A DNA stretch of 63,979 nucleotides, counting the filler, from Choristocarpus tenellus KU-1152 (Eukaryota; Protista; Phaeophyceae), in NCBI GenBank assembly GCA_964200185.2. It is 8 parts of 8 records of this genome, joined end to end, with 100 filler letters (N's around TTAATTAATTAA, not from the genome) between each part and the next. Parts side by side here need not be neighbours in the genome. Positions count along the whole stretch, not along the records: positions 41,213 to 44,119 come from CAXNAD020023745.1; positions 44,220 to 48,285 come from CAXNAD020016399.1; positions 48,386 to 52,457 come from CAXNAD020016374.1; positions 52,558 to 61,377 come from CAXNAD020004294.1; 4 more parts are not named here. One strand, written 5' to 3'. The notes beneath the pieces are model-generated. The model was not told the DNA's origin, ran no database searches, and worked only from the letters and a program-made list of their open reading frames with translations. Each line of letters begins with the position of its first letter. The first letter of the stretch is position 1. The position numbers were made by a program, and so were the translations under genes. Positions 43,544-54,749 of this stretch are shown here, one piece after another.

Positions 43544-43945
43544 ATGTTTTCACGAGCGGTGAGAAAACTGGGGCGGGTTTTTGTGGATGTAAGCAGAAAG
43601 AGGGCTACCCTTTCACTCAGCGGTAAGTGTTACACCATGATAAGTAAGAACGACTATTCTCGTTTTGTTTGGTTTTATTTCCTTCCTCTCAAGTCGGATG
43701 CTGCTGCTTCCTTCAACAAGTACCTGGCCGATGTCCGGGCTGACAGTACTCCCTCTCCAGTCATGTACGTGTGGTCTGATAATGGGGGGGAGTTTTATGA
43801 GGGAGCTTTCGGTGCTCTTTGCTGTGAACACGGGATTAAACAGGAGTTCACACCTGCCGGCAGCCCTCAATTTAATGGGGTTGCTGAACACATGCTAGGT
43901 ATAGTTAATGAAGCTTCATTAGCTGCCTGCCTTCAAGCTCCGAAC
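43544..43945 (+). mobile_element. Ty1/copia integrase core (rve) fragment of a different, interrupted element
   Basis: RVFVDVS...NDYSRFVWFYFL..KSDA...WSDNGGEF...GIKQEFTPAGSPQFNGVAEH is the copia D-D-E core. Opposite strand to the adjacent LTR element. Confidence 0.9.
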
Positions 43946-44033
43946 CAAAGTATCTGGTGTGTGTGGGGGGATCTGCACTAGGGTGTCCATTTGGGCCTCG
44001 ACCAGATGTTGCTAAAATGATGCATTTGGTTGT

Positions 44034-44119
44034 GAGTGAAACTATCTTAGAGGGTACGAATTTTCCCCTGTTTGTCCATTTGTGGGGCTTGGCATCCCAT
44101 GTTTTTTTTTTTACATTTT
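44034..44119. mobile_element. MITE family A terminal part, cut by the gap
   Basis: GAGTGAAACTATCTTAGAGGGTACGAATTTTCCCCTGTTTGTCCATTTG matches the other family A copies. Confidence 0.8.
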
Positions 44120-44365
44120 NNNNNNNNNNNNNNNNNNNNNNNNNNNNNNNNNNNNNNNNNNNNTTAATTAATTAANNNNNNNNNNNNNNNNNNNNNNNNN
44201 NNNNNNNNNNNNNNNNNNNAAAATTGAAAGGAAAATTAATAATTTAAATGTTTATTGTTTCATTATCGAGTTAAGTAAAACTAAATTTAAAAAAAAGGGG
44301 GGGGGGTAGAACTATGGCACAAAAGTCGACTCTAAATAGGTAGCCCCCAGTATGTTCCTGTACAG

Positions 44366-44713
44366 AGTGGCATCGATGAGCATGGAGTCGTGGGTGACAA
44401 ACGCTAGAGGAGAGACACAAAGCTTGAGACACAAAGCTTCCAAGGTCGAGCGTGGAGGAAAGCACGGTTTTCTTTCTAGATTGAGAAAGAACTCCCTTCT
44501 TTTCTGTCAGTGTATCATTAATTTAACAAACCCTAGTCTTGGCACTGGTCCTACTCAAGAGCATGAGTATTAGTTTAGTTGCCGTGTTGTTTTTGTGATG
44601 AAAGCATTCTCCTCATGTACCTACCAACCACTTTCTTGTCCGCAGGAGGGGGAAGTGGTTGCTATGAGAGACTTCCAAGGACCGGCAACAAAGGAGGCTG
44701 TTCGAACCAACAG
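44366..44713 (+). CDS. Two possible internal exons of an unidentified gene
   Basis: tacag|A VASMSMESWVTNARGETQSLRHKASK|gtcgag and ccgcag|EGEVVAMRDFQGPATKEAVRTN AG|gtatgc join in phase. No homology recognised. Confidence 0.35.
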
Positions 44714-45203
44714 GTATGCTATTCGTGGGAGGCACTGAGGAACGGATTGGATTGGTATGTATGCCTTTTAACACTGGCTCTTTTTCCAGTGGGAAAAATT
44801 ATTCAGGTATATATTTCAATATTTTGCGCTACAAGCCTCTTGGCAAGTGATTTTCCTACATCGTTCACAGCTTTTACTACTACTTTGTTCGTTTGTCTGA
44901 GCTTTTCGTGATACTACAATCCTAGTTCTTTCTCGAAATGCGTTTTCTTTCACGTGTTTTTTTTTTGTTCTTTGTTGACCAATAGTGTCCTAGCGAGGGG
45001 GGGTTGGGCGTACAGTCCATTGGGTGCCTGTGTGATCCCGTAGTGATTTCCATGTCATCTGAGTAAACGTGTCAGATGTAAGGGGAATTTCCTTCATCTC
45101 AACGCGTGCACCTTCCTTTTCCGTCCCCCCTGCCTGACTGAACCAATTCCGAAAAAAACTGGGGTATATTTTAACACCTCATCAAGCCCCGAATGGACAA
45201 CCT

Positions 45204-45463
45204 GGGCGAAGCACTTTAAGAGGTTAGGAGTTTTGCCCTGTTTGTCCATTCGGGGCTTGGCTTCCCACGGGTTTTTTATGCCCTTTTTCGGTTTTCTGTG
45301 TGAGCACAGTTACCTAAAATGTGTACGCTATGAAAAGGTGTGTCCGGAACAAGGATATTGGCACTTGCTAACAAACACGATAGCCAAAATTACATCAAAA
45401 TCGCAATATTGGGTTTGTGATCCCAAACGGACACGGCCCCTTCCCTCTTAAACGCTTTGACTC
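45204..45463. mobile_element. MITE family A, divergent subfamily copy
   Basis: Internal sequence is co-linear with the 8039 copy. Ends are GGGCGAAGCACTTTAAGAGG ... CCCTCTTAAACGCTTTGACTC. No TSD visible. Confidence 0.75.
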
Positions 45464-45479
45464 GAAATACTATGAATCA

Positions 45480-46000
45480 TTCGTTTGGGATGGCATAGTG
45501 CATGCAAGAGTTAGTAAGTTATCATTTATAGAAGAAGATCTATTGAAGAATGTACAAGTCTTTGTAAATCCTGTAATAAAATCAAAACCTATTTGCCTAA
45601 AAGGAACTTATCCAAAGAAGATGTGTATTTATCAACTTTTTTGTAGATTACTTATGTTTTTATAAACTGCAGGTAAGCCACTTCCAGCACAAGCAATTTT
45701 TCCATGTTTTTTAGACCTTATTAAATATTTAATATTATTATTATCTATCAGTTTTGGTTTGCTTTGGAAACCGTTTTTAGTAAATTCTTGCAGGTGCATT
45801 TGATTTCTATATGCATTTAGCAAAATAATTGCTATATCATAATACTCTGTCAAATGAGCAAGACTGATGTGGATGCGTGAAGGTGGTACAGAAATAGCCA
45901 CAAAAAACCATGTTCACCCTTGCATCTATAATGATGATGTTCTTCTTAGCTATAGCTCTGGTGATATATTTGTATCTTAATGTGAACACTGGAAAAGAGA
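45480..46000 (-). mobile_element. Possible Helitron/PIF1 helicase relic (motif I-Ia region)
   Basis: KYLIRSKKHGKIACAGSGLPAVYKN...IHIFFG resembles the PIF1 pattern RSxGxxxxAxAxSGIAA...TxHSxF. Walker A is not intact; AT-rich, with stops. Confidence 0.35.
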
Positions 46001-48385
46001 AATGGAGTTTTAATATAATAGATGTAGGGGATGACATTCGTATTCCTAATTTTGATCCTTCAATAATTACAACAACACCTATTGTCACTAAGGTACTAGC
46101 TGGCTTCGTTTTTTGAGCTGTGAACAGAGACAGACAGTGAGTTAGTTAAATGGTAATAACCTTTTCCATGAGGATCAAGAACAAAAAAAAAAAATGTAGA
46201 CAGTGCAACCCCCAGCTGATGTACTCCACTGCAAAATTCGAGCCCTGACTCCAATCAATCCCTACTGTACTAATCTCTATTGTCTCCCTTTCTGACGCCT
46301 CAAAACCTATACCACAATAATCCACGGTTGCCCAATGGCTGTACCTCACCCAGCGAGTTGCTGTTAACTAGCCTTGCCTCAGACAGGCTTACTCCAACTA
46401 TCGACCAGCCAGAGCTCGACCCTTCATCTTCAAGAAGTGAAGTATCCACAGGAATCCTTGGGGAAATTTTCTCACCATCTGTGGAGACCAATACAGTGCG
46501 TGTGCCCCTCAGTGGGCACGATTGGAAATTGGTATAGGCGCGATTACAATTAGAGTTAGTGTCTCTTGGGCTATGTGCTTGGAGGCTAAAGTTGGGGAGG
46601 GGAGGGGGATGGGGTGGGGGTAAGGAAGGCGATCTCATTCTGGGTTTCTTTTTTCTTTTGGTTATCGATCTGTGTGATGATATGGTGACTATTCTTTTGG
46701 TTGTTGAATGGGTCATTATTATTTCTATTATTGTTGAGTTGAAATAAACTAGAGGCCAGTTTTTTTTCTCTACAGGTGATGTTCCGAACTTGACTTTTGA
46801 AGGGGTTGAATTGTCTGTTGTTTGGAACTTTTCGACACAATTAGGAAAATAATATCTTGTATCCGTTTGTAAAAAAAGTCCGAATTTTGCGACATATTTC
46901 CTGGTGCGCTTAACATTCAACTGTGGGTATCTCTCCTATACTTTTAACTAATTAGTTTAAAAGTATGTATGTCATGGATAACTCTTTTTTTTTGCTCAAG
47001 TGGATAGAGAAAAGGAGTCATGCTGGAAGCGAGGTAATACGGGTGATGATGCGATTCAATCCTCCGTGACGGATTCTAGGTCTCCAATGTGTGGCAGCTT
47101 ATCGACTTTCCTGACAAAGTCAATGCTTATGGGGAGGTTATTTAGTTGGTTTGACAGTATGAAGGGTTGTTGATATGGTATTAGGTACACCCAACATACC
47201 CCTGATTGAGTCACAAATCCCATTTCCATCCCTACACAAGATGTTTGAGAGACTGAGGAGGAGATGAAGGATGACACCAAGATCGAAAGTACTATCAACA
47301 ATAATAATATTATGGTTGAGGGTTAGGGTTAAGGTTAGGGTTGAGAAGTTGCAGTAGAGATGCATTAATTTGATTGGCTCCATGTGACGTATGAGCATGT
47401 TTTATTTTATAACAAATATTTCTTTTTGCACTAAGATGTGTATCTGATACCCTACCCCTCTGCCCACCTTAAGAAAAGAGACTGAAAAACGGAAGTGTGG
47501 GCATCTGTGACATTCTTGAACGGTATCCCTCACACGAGCATTAAGTTCATGTACTAACTAATGTGCAAGTCTGTGTACTTTGACTCGATATACTAAAAAA
47601 AAAATGTGGTAATGTACTTTCAAGAATAATATGTAGGTAGTAGGTGTAGGTTTGATGAGAGAGAACCCACATTTTTAAAATATATTTTTAGAGTGTTCAG
47701 AGTTTTTCGGAACAAAGGTGCGTAATCTCTTACGTACTTGTGCTGGTTTGGGGATTTTTGGAGCGATGATTCATCAACGGATGACATCATTGAATAGTGT
47801 TTATCATGTATCTCTCCATTTTAATACAGCGACTTAAAGGTTAATAACAGATTTGCGAGAGAACCGATTGTTTGTTGACAGTGTGACACGCGCTCTCAAG
47901 AGCTGCTCCTGGGTATTTGAAAATAAAACATGCTGGCATATATTAGCTTGAGATCTCGAGCCTGTTGTGCCATGACATCTACTGACACACTCACTGATCT
48001 GACTTTTCATACCACTATGTACGGTATTATAATGTGCTGTACTGAACAAAATATGATTTATTGTGGATGAAACCGTCGCACTGCTTGACATCCTTGCACC
48101 AGCGCACATAACACAGGTAACTGCGGTATGTATCCATAATCAACTAAGCGTTATGAAATGGGATTGTTCATCCTGAAACCTCGCAATCAGGAAATGAACG
48201 CCGCTACAGCTGAATGGGACACTTACTATGATTAACGTTGTCTCAAAGCACATACATGTTGAAACCCAAAGTATCTGGGAGGGGGNNNNNNNNNNNNNNN
48301 NNNNNNNNNNNNNNNNNNNNNNNNNNNNNTTAATTAATTAANNNNNNNNNNNNNNNNNNNNNNNNNNNNNNNNNNNNNNNNNNNN

Positions 48386-48950
48386 ACCATCCTCATAGTC
48401 CCGCTCCATCCCCAATTTTGAAAATCCTCTGTTCGGTGAGAGGATAGTCTTCCCGTACTTTGGTTGTAAGTTGAGACTCCAACACTACAAATAATTCAGA
48501 AGATGGTCACTAAGAACCATTGACATCGTCAATAACCTTCTGTTTGAGAAGGGTACAATGTTCCTTTTGGACACCAAGTTTTTGGGAAAATTCTGGAGAG
48601 GAGGGATTGGTGTAATATTCGCAATTCGCACAAAGTGATGTATATATTGTTCTTGATTACATTTTTTTGGAGATCTCGACGATGAAAGACTGAAGTTGAA
48701 AAATTTCTCAACAATCTCACCTTGGTTAAAAGTATTTTTTTTGGAGTACCATTTCTAGAACAAATAATTCCAGAATAATACTATAAAAATAATTAAATAG
48801 TGACATTACATATTGTTTATTATTATGCCCTCTGAAATTTTGCAGATGTGTCAGGGGGGAAACCCAATGAAACTATACATATGTAATATTTTGCCCTAAA
48901 GAAAAAAAAATCACAAATGTATAAACACTATAAAACAGTGGAAGTGTGAA
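48386..48950 (-). mobile_element. Helitron/PIF1 helicase relic (motifs Ia-IV)
   Basis: Motifs in order: RAKYYICIVSLGFP, KVRLL...VFHRRDLQ, LLSRIFPKTWCPKGT (cf. LLxGDFRQxLPVxPxG) and LFVVLESQLTTKVREDYPLTEQRIFKIGDG (cf. LTxNMR...LLxIGDG). Confidence 0.5.
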
Positions 48951-49555
48951 AACCATTCATATCATATAATGATCAAACCAAATTTCTTTGTGGAAGTAAA
49001 CGTTGAGAGTTAAAGATTAGAGGTTTTCGTTTGGTATTTTATATATGATATGTATATTTCTTATGTCAATGGTAATGTAGGGGTGAGTAACCAATATTTC
49101 TAAATATACTACCCAAATAAACACATCGCCAATAATTATGGCTTTACTAAATATGTGTATGTTGTATAGATAGAGGTTGGGCAACATTTCCAAAAGACTC
49201 AAAAAGTTAGGCTTTCTGATATATAACGACATTGAATCTCCACAAGCAAGTGATCATTCAACACCCACTCCTAACCCCTTCTTCCACTTTTCGATGAGAG
49301 GACTCCAAGCCAAAACCAGGTTCTCAGATACTTAGGCTGACCGGATATTGACAACCGTATTGACGTCTTTCCCTACTTACCATTACTACTACTGTTGAAC
49401 TGAATTTTATTTGCAAAAAGTCCGCTGGGTCTCCTCTGCCTCCCCAATAAAGTCTGCAAAACCACACTAATAGAGGAGAGCTTCACGAGGTTAAACGATA
49501 GGCTATAATCTGGATGGACATCTAGGGAAGTGGACGGGGTGCGTCCGTTTGAACA

Positions 49556-52258
49556 ATGACGTTACGACCAGGTGAGACCCTGCCCTTTATTATTGATATA
49601 TAGCAGTTCAATCGGATTTGATTCCCACGGATCGGGTGCCAGGCAACGCGATGACGCTGCAATGAACGATTCGTTATTCGTGACCGGAATTACTACCAGC
49701 TTGGGAAAGGCTCGATCCCCACTTATTGAGTTTGACCTGCTCTCGTTGTGGCAGAGTGGAGGTCCTTAGTCACCCCAGTAAAATTGAAACCCGTTACACA
49801 CTCTTGAAGGGTTAAGTCACCACTTTCCACTTGTAGCGAGCTAAAGGAGCTGCGATAGTTCACCCACAACACAGTAGTAATATCAATTTATCATGTAGTT
49901 AAAAGTATATGTACTTCCTCCTATAATGGGCGTCCGGTCGGACTACCTGCATTTTGAAACTTGCATGAAAATGTTTTTGTCTGATTTGGAGATGCTTTCC
50001 TAGGGAGGGTGATGAGGGTGAGCCATCGTAAAAGTACGTGTTTGGTTGAATTTGCTTGAGAGAGACATGTATATGGTCCATCTCCAGTAAAGCTCTATTA
50101 ATTGATGCTTTGCGCAAGTATCTGCAAGGTGTAGTACAACAGTAAGTGGTAATAGATTGATCATTTCTAACAACACACAGGGCAGTCCATGATCTATAAA
50201 ACCTGCACAGGGTACATCTCCAGAATTATTGTAAGTTACTTTCTTGTAAAGGGAAGCCCATGTCCGTTCTGAGATTAACTTTCGAGGGATGCGTGGTTGT
50301 GTGTAAAACAGGGCAGAATGTGAAAAGTGACTTTCCTACGTTCGATAAGAACGAGGATGGCTTAGCGAACAACGGGACAGACCATCCAGAGACCTTCCTC
50401 TCCAAAATCCCGCCAAGCGTTTGGCAGCCAAGGGTTGTCGTCAAGGAGGATCGTACTTTGGCCAATTTTTGGTGGTCAGTTCTACTATCTGTCTACATGA
50501 TCTATGTCATATTGGTGAGGTTCATGGAACATTTACTACCGAAATTCTGGTGTCTGTTTTCCCAAGAAGTGAAGAAATTCCTTCCCCGATACTATTTTTA
50601 TTACTTTTGGCGTCCTGTACAGAAGGTTGAGTTTTGTTGACTTTCTATGTATAATAGTACCAGATTTACGAAATATATTGCACTATTAGTAATTCAAGCA
50701 ACTTTGACCTCTCAATGACACATTTTACTTCATCTCGCATTACAATCTCCTACTTCACAATTTGTTGATATTCTAACTGCTGACCCTACCATTCCTCATT
50801 CCATGTTGAGGTAGATCGTCAAGAATGCCATCCACGGCCGCTCAAATCCTTCCGTTTCTTACAATGTGGTATCGGAGTCCTTTCAGGTGGAGATATGTAT
50901 TTTTTCATATCATTGTTTTTTTGTTAATAAAATACTTGAGAAGTGTGTCCACAACGTGATATCTGAAGGCTTTGAGATGAGTGGGAATAGCAAAACCCAT
51001 GTTCTTGGACATGCTAGTTCTACATAATTCCAGAGAAGTTACAGATTTGTGATCAGTTACAGGAATGTTACTGACACAAGTGCCAAAAGTGCTAAGTAGT
51101 ATGTAAGAAGTCAAGTTAGGGTGTGTGGTTCATGATGTTGAGAAGATACATATTCAATTAGGAACGAAACTGGGTGTAGGACTCAAAACTCTGGATGAGC
51201 TGTCATTTGTTAACAAACTACAGCAAATCTTATCAAGGCTGATGATTTTACCGTCCACTGCCTGTCCTGATATTTCCCGTCCACAGCTACCAGACATTGG
51301 CTTCTGTTTTGACGGAGGTCAATATGACTCCAAGCTAGGGTGCTTTGAGAACGCTACACCTGAGGAATGTGCACAGTCCGTAAGGGGGGATACGTTCGTA
51401 TATGGATACAACACCACTGACTACACCACTCCGGAGGACTATGAATTTTCTTCAGAGTATGTTGTGCTTCTTCCGGAGAGCCTTTCAGACAAATGTGCTC
51501 AATTCCCATTATCAGATCTGAATGTGATCGAGGACACCACAGAGTGGAAATTCCACACACTTATCTTCTGGAACAGCAGTGCCACCGCATCTGATGCAGG
51601 GGCGTTTCAAAACGTGAAGATGTACCTCTATGACAAGAGTTTGACCCTTGAGGATCGTCTAAGGGAATCTGTGATCCTGTATGCTCCCATCAGCTTTGAC
51701 CCTACTAATGTTCCCTTTGTGCGGGGATTCCTTGAGATGGAACAACGGAAGCATATAGATGGATCTGTTGAACGTGAGTACTCCGTTGTTGGTGTCACAA
51801 CGTCCACCTGGAGAAATTCTCCTGATGCAATAAGTTTGTCTTCAGATTTTGGGACTGACACCATTGCATCGATTCAATTTGATGTTCGTATCCAGCAATA
51901 CATCTCGATCAATGATGTGGACCCTTTTGATATCTTGGGTATACTTGGGGAGATAGGTGGATTTTGGGCAGGTGTGCCTCTTCTTTTTGGGGTTTGTTTC
52001 TTCCGTGCTCAAGAGCCAGATGTGGATGTCAAGCGGCGGGCAATTTTTGGATGCGAGAGTCCAAAGAGGGAGCAACAAGATCTCAATGGTCATGGCTCAC
52101 ATGGTGTAACCTCTTTCGACTACAATTCAGATCTACCGAAATGCAGTAGTGGTAGAAGTAGTGTCAAGGCCCAAGAGTGTCCACGTAGCACTCACAATCA
52201 TCGCTTGTCTTTTGCCAGTGTGATGAGTAGCAATGATATGGAACGAGGTGTCGATTGA
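49556..52258 (+). CDS. Two-TM membrane protein (~420 aa) with a large extracellular loop; putative PAC/TMEM206- or DEG/ENaC-like ion channel subunit
   Basis: Phase-consistent exons 49556-49571, 50312-50514, 50815-50886 and 51287-52258. TM1 FWWSVLLSVYMIYVILIV is followed by NPSVSYNVVSESFQLPDIGFC. A ~250-aa loop has four Cys and NTT/NSS sequons. TM2 is DPFDILGILGEIGGFWAGVPLLFGVCFF, followed by a Ser-rich tail. The gene model is more certain than the channel call. Confidence 0.75.
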
Positions 52259-52273
52259 AGCGTGTCTCAGTAT

Positions 52274-52440
52274 GGCTCAATGTATCTGTGAGGGGGTGGC
52301 GACTGTCCATTTGGGGTCATTTTTTTCATTTCGCAATTTTTGGGTGATTTGGTTGCATACGTCGGATGGTTACTGTAAATGCACTTTTCCTGATTTTGAC
52401 CCAAATGGACACCCTTGTGTAGACCCCCCCCCCCCCCCCC
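52274..52440. mobile_element. MITE family B copy, 15 bp after the channel-like gene stop codon
   Basis: GGCTCAATGTATCTGTGAGGGGG...GTAAATGCACTTTTCCTGATTTTGACCCAAATGGACACCCTTGTGTAGACCCCC is co-linear with 14730-14898. Confidence 0.85.
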
Positions 52441-52557
52441 CAACCACTTCCCGAAAANNNNNNNNNNNNNNNNNNNNNNNNNNNNNNNNNNNNNNNNNNN
52501 NTTAATTAATTAANNNNNNNNNNNNNNNNNNNNNNNNNNNNNNNNNNNNNNNNNNNN

Positions 52558-53894
52558 GTCTTCCCCTACAGACATGTTTATGGCCAGGAACGCCCGCGAT
52601 GAGCCCTGGCGATCAGCCTTGCCGCCGCCTCCACCACCGCTGCTCTGGTCCCTGGTTGGTGGTGGTGGAAATTTGCGTGCCGCCCCAAGTCCGTCGGGGC
52701 TTTTAGCAGGAAGCTTGCCAGCCAAGTACCAGTTGCACTCTTTCCATCTGTGGTTGAATTTGAGATAAAACGCACATTGTTTCGTACCGAGGTCGCTCCT
52801 GGATCCCTGTCTCGCTGTCAGTGTCTTTGCACCGGTGTGGAGCGCCATACCCCCCAAGCTCCAAGTCGTTTCCCCCGTAACCTCCGTGGTCATGTAAGGA
52901 GAGGAGATGATGGCGTTTTTGAGTTGGTCCTAGGTGAGGTCTTGAGCTGTGGACAGCTGTGCAAACACCTCTGGCATGCTGTCCCTGATGCCGATGATCA
53001 GAGCCCCTTTCTTGGCGTGGTCCTCCTTGGCCGCCTCCAGCTGCTCATACTCTGTCTAGACGTGATCGAGATGAATGACCAAGTCGGCAGTGTCCTCCAC
53101 CGACGATCAGTACACGTCCCGTAGCTTCATCTCGAGAGCTATGAGCTGCATGAGCCTCTGGACCGCAGCGCGCACCCCATAGATCTGCTCCAACTCGAGC
53201 CAGGCTGCCCTCCCGTCGGGGCTGCCCTTGTTTTCGTGGGTGCTGACCACCATCACTGCAGCCCCCCTCGTGGCCTGGCCGAGCAGGAACCATAAGGCCT
53301 CGCGATGCTTGACGTACTTGTCGTACGCGCTGCGTTCCCCAAACGATGTATCAGCCGTAGGAGGTGCAGTGATGTGGTACGCCGGTTGGAGGATGCGGTA
53401 CAGTTCCTTGCCGCCCGCATAGCTCACCAGCGCCATCCGCCATTCTGCCCACTTCTCCCTTGTATGCCCCCACGCGCCCCTCCATAGTGGCAGCATACGT
53501 GGGTCCACTTGTGTAACTGTGACCCCCATAACCTGTGCAAAAGAGCTGTTCAAATAGAGTTTTGTGGTTTGAATGAATTTATTAGCGGAGTGAGCACCAT
53601 CCCTCGAGATGAGGGGGGTGGTACTCTGCCTCGTTATCTACTGCACACGTCAGCAGACACGTCAGAACGTTTCTGTGTCAGTCGCATCACTCGTTCTGCG
53701 TCACTAGTACTGTCGTGTATCAGCCACTAATATTATTAAACAAAGAAAAACCAGCCCTTCGAGCTTCGAAACTATTACTCTGGGCGTAGAGAGAAAAGTG
53801 ATTGACAATTAAGGCACTCAGCTAGCATTTTTGTTACATGCTATTGGTTACCAAACACATAAGAAATCTATAGACTACCAGCCTATATTGCACA
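52558..53894 (-). mobile_element. Ty1/copia element 5' part: LTR 53534-53894, PBS, gag with stops and a decayed zinc knuckle; runs into the gap
   Basis: LTR termini are TGTGCAA...TTGCACA. On the minus strand the LTR is followed by GGTTATGGGG. gag-like segments: WAEWRMALVSYA, DGRAAWLELEQIYG, CAFYLKFNHRWKEC. Confidence 0.85.
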
Positions 53895-54749
53895 GTGGCT
53901 AGATTGTTAAGCTCGCCAAAAAACCTCAATCTCTATGAAGGAGAGAGACATTTACAACCGTGATGTGTTAACTTGGAAAAAAAAAAAGTTGCCAAGTAAT
54001 GGAGAGGTTATGCTTGATTTGTGTCTACAACAGAAGAAACGATGTTAAAATGACTGTTCCTGAAAACTTTTCACATGTCAAGAATCAGCACAGAAAAATC
54101 ATCACACTACTCCAAAATAATTGATGTCCTAATAAGTTTAAGGTTCTTAACTCCGTACTGTGCAAGGGATATCACAATGTAATAGGATAAAACAGGTTCA
54201 GTAGTGTAGACTACAACACCATACAAACCTAGCATATTTCGAGTTCAAGGGATTGAGAAGACTTCGTCTTCCATCGTGAATCATTTCTTGAATATATGCG
54301 AAAAAGTTGCTATCAAAGTGCACCAAGCTTTTTATGTCATTCATCATGACTGAGATGCTTGAATTTGCGTTGAGTTAGGTTTTGCAATGTTTTCAGGTTA
54401 CTCTTTGAGTTTGATTCTTGCTCTACTCCCCTATTCTCTTCAAAGATGTTTTTTTATTTGTCTTATTGTCAAACTTGCACTCGCCACTTTGCATTGGTAT
54501 CGAGGTGTTGAAATTTCTGTAAGAGTTTCCTTTGGCAAGCCGAGCTATGTAAATTCTAAAAGATGGAGAGCGCAGCCACTGCCTATGATCGTGCGCATTT
54601 ATTGTGAAACAGAAACTTGGGAATTCATATTTGTTTTCATCTGAAATGAGGTTCTTCTATGTTGAGAACATCGAGAAGACTTGCTGCAGTCAAATTGTTT
54701 TCTGGGGTGTTTTTTTAGGGCTAACATTGAATATTTTGGGACTAGGTGC

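Noticed and set aside
45837-46088. FCGYFC as a Maverick/adenain-type protease catalytic motif
   Set aside because: No upstream HW or FDSFG motifs, and the neighbouring sequence fits a helicase relic better.
46300-46920. 206-aa minus-strand ORF
   Set aside because: Non-ATG start; runs through low-complexity and poly-C sequence with no domain. At most the 3' third might be an exon.
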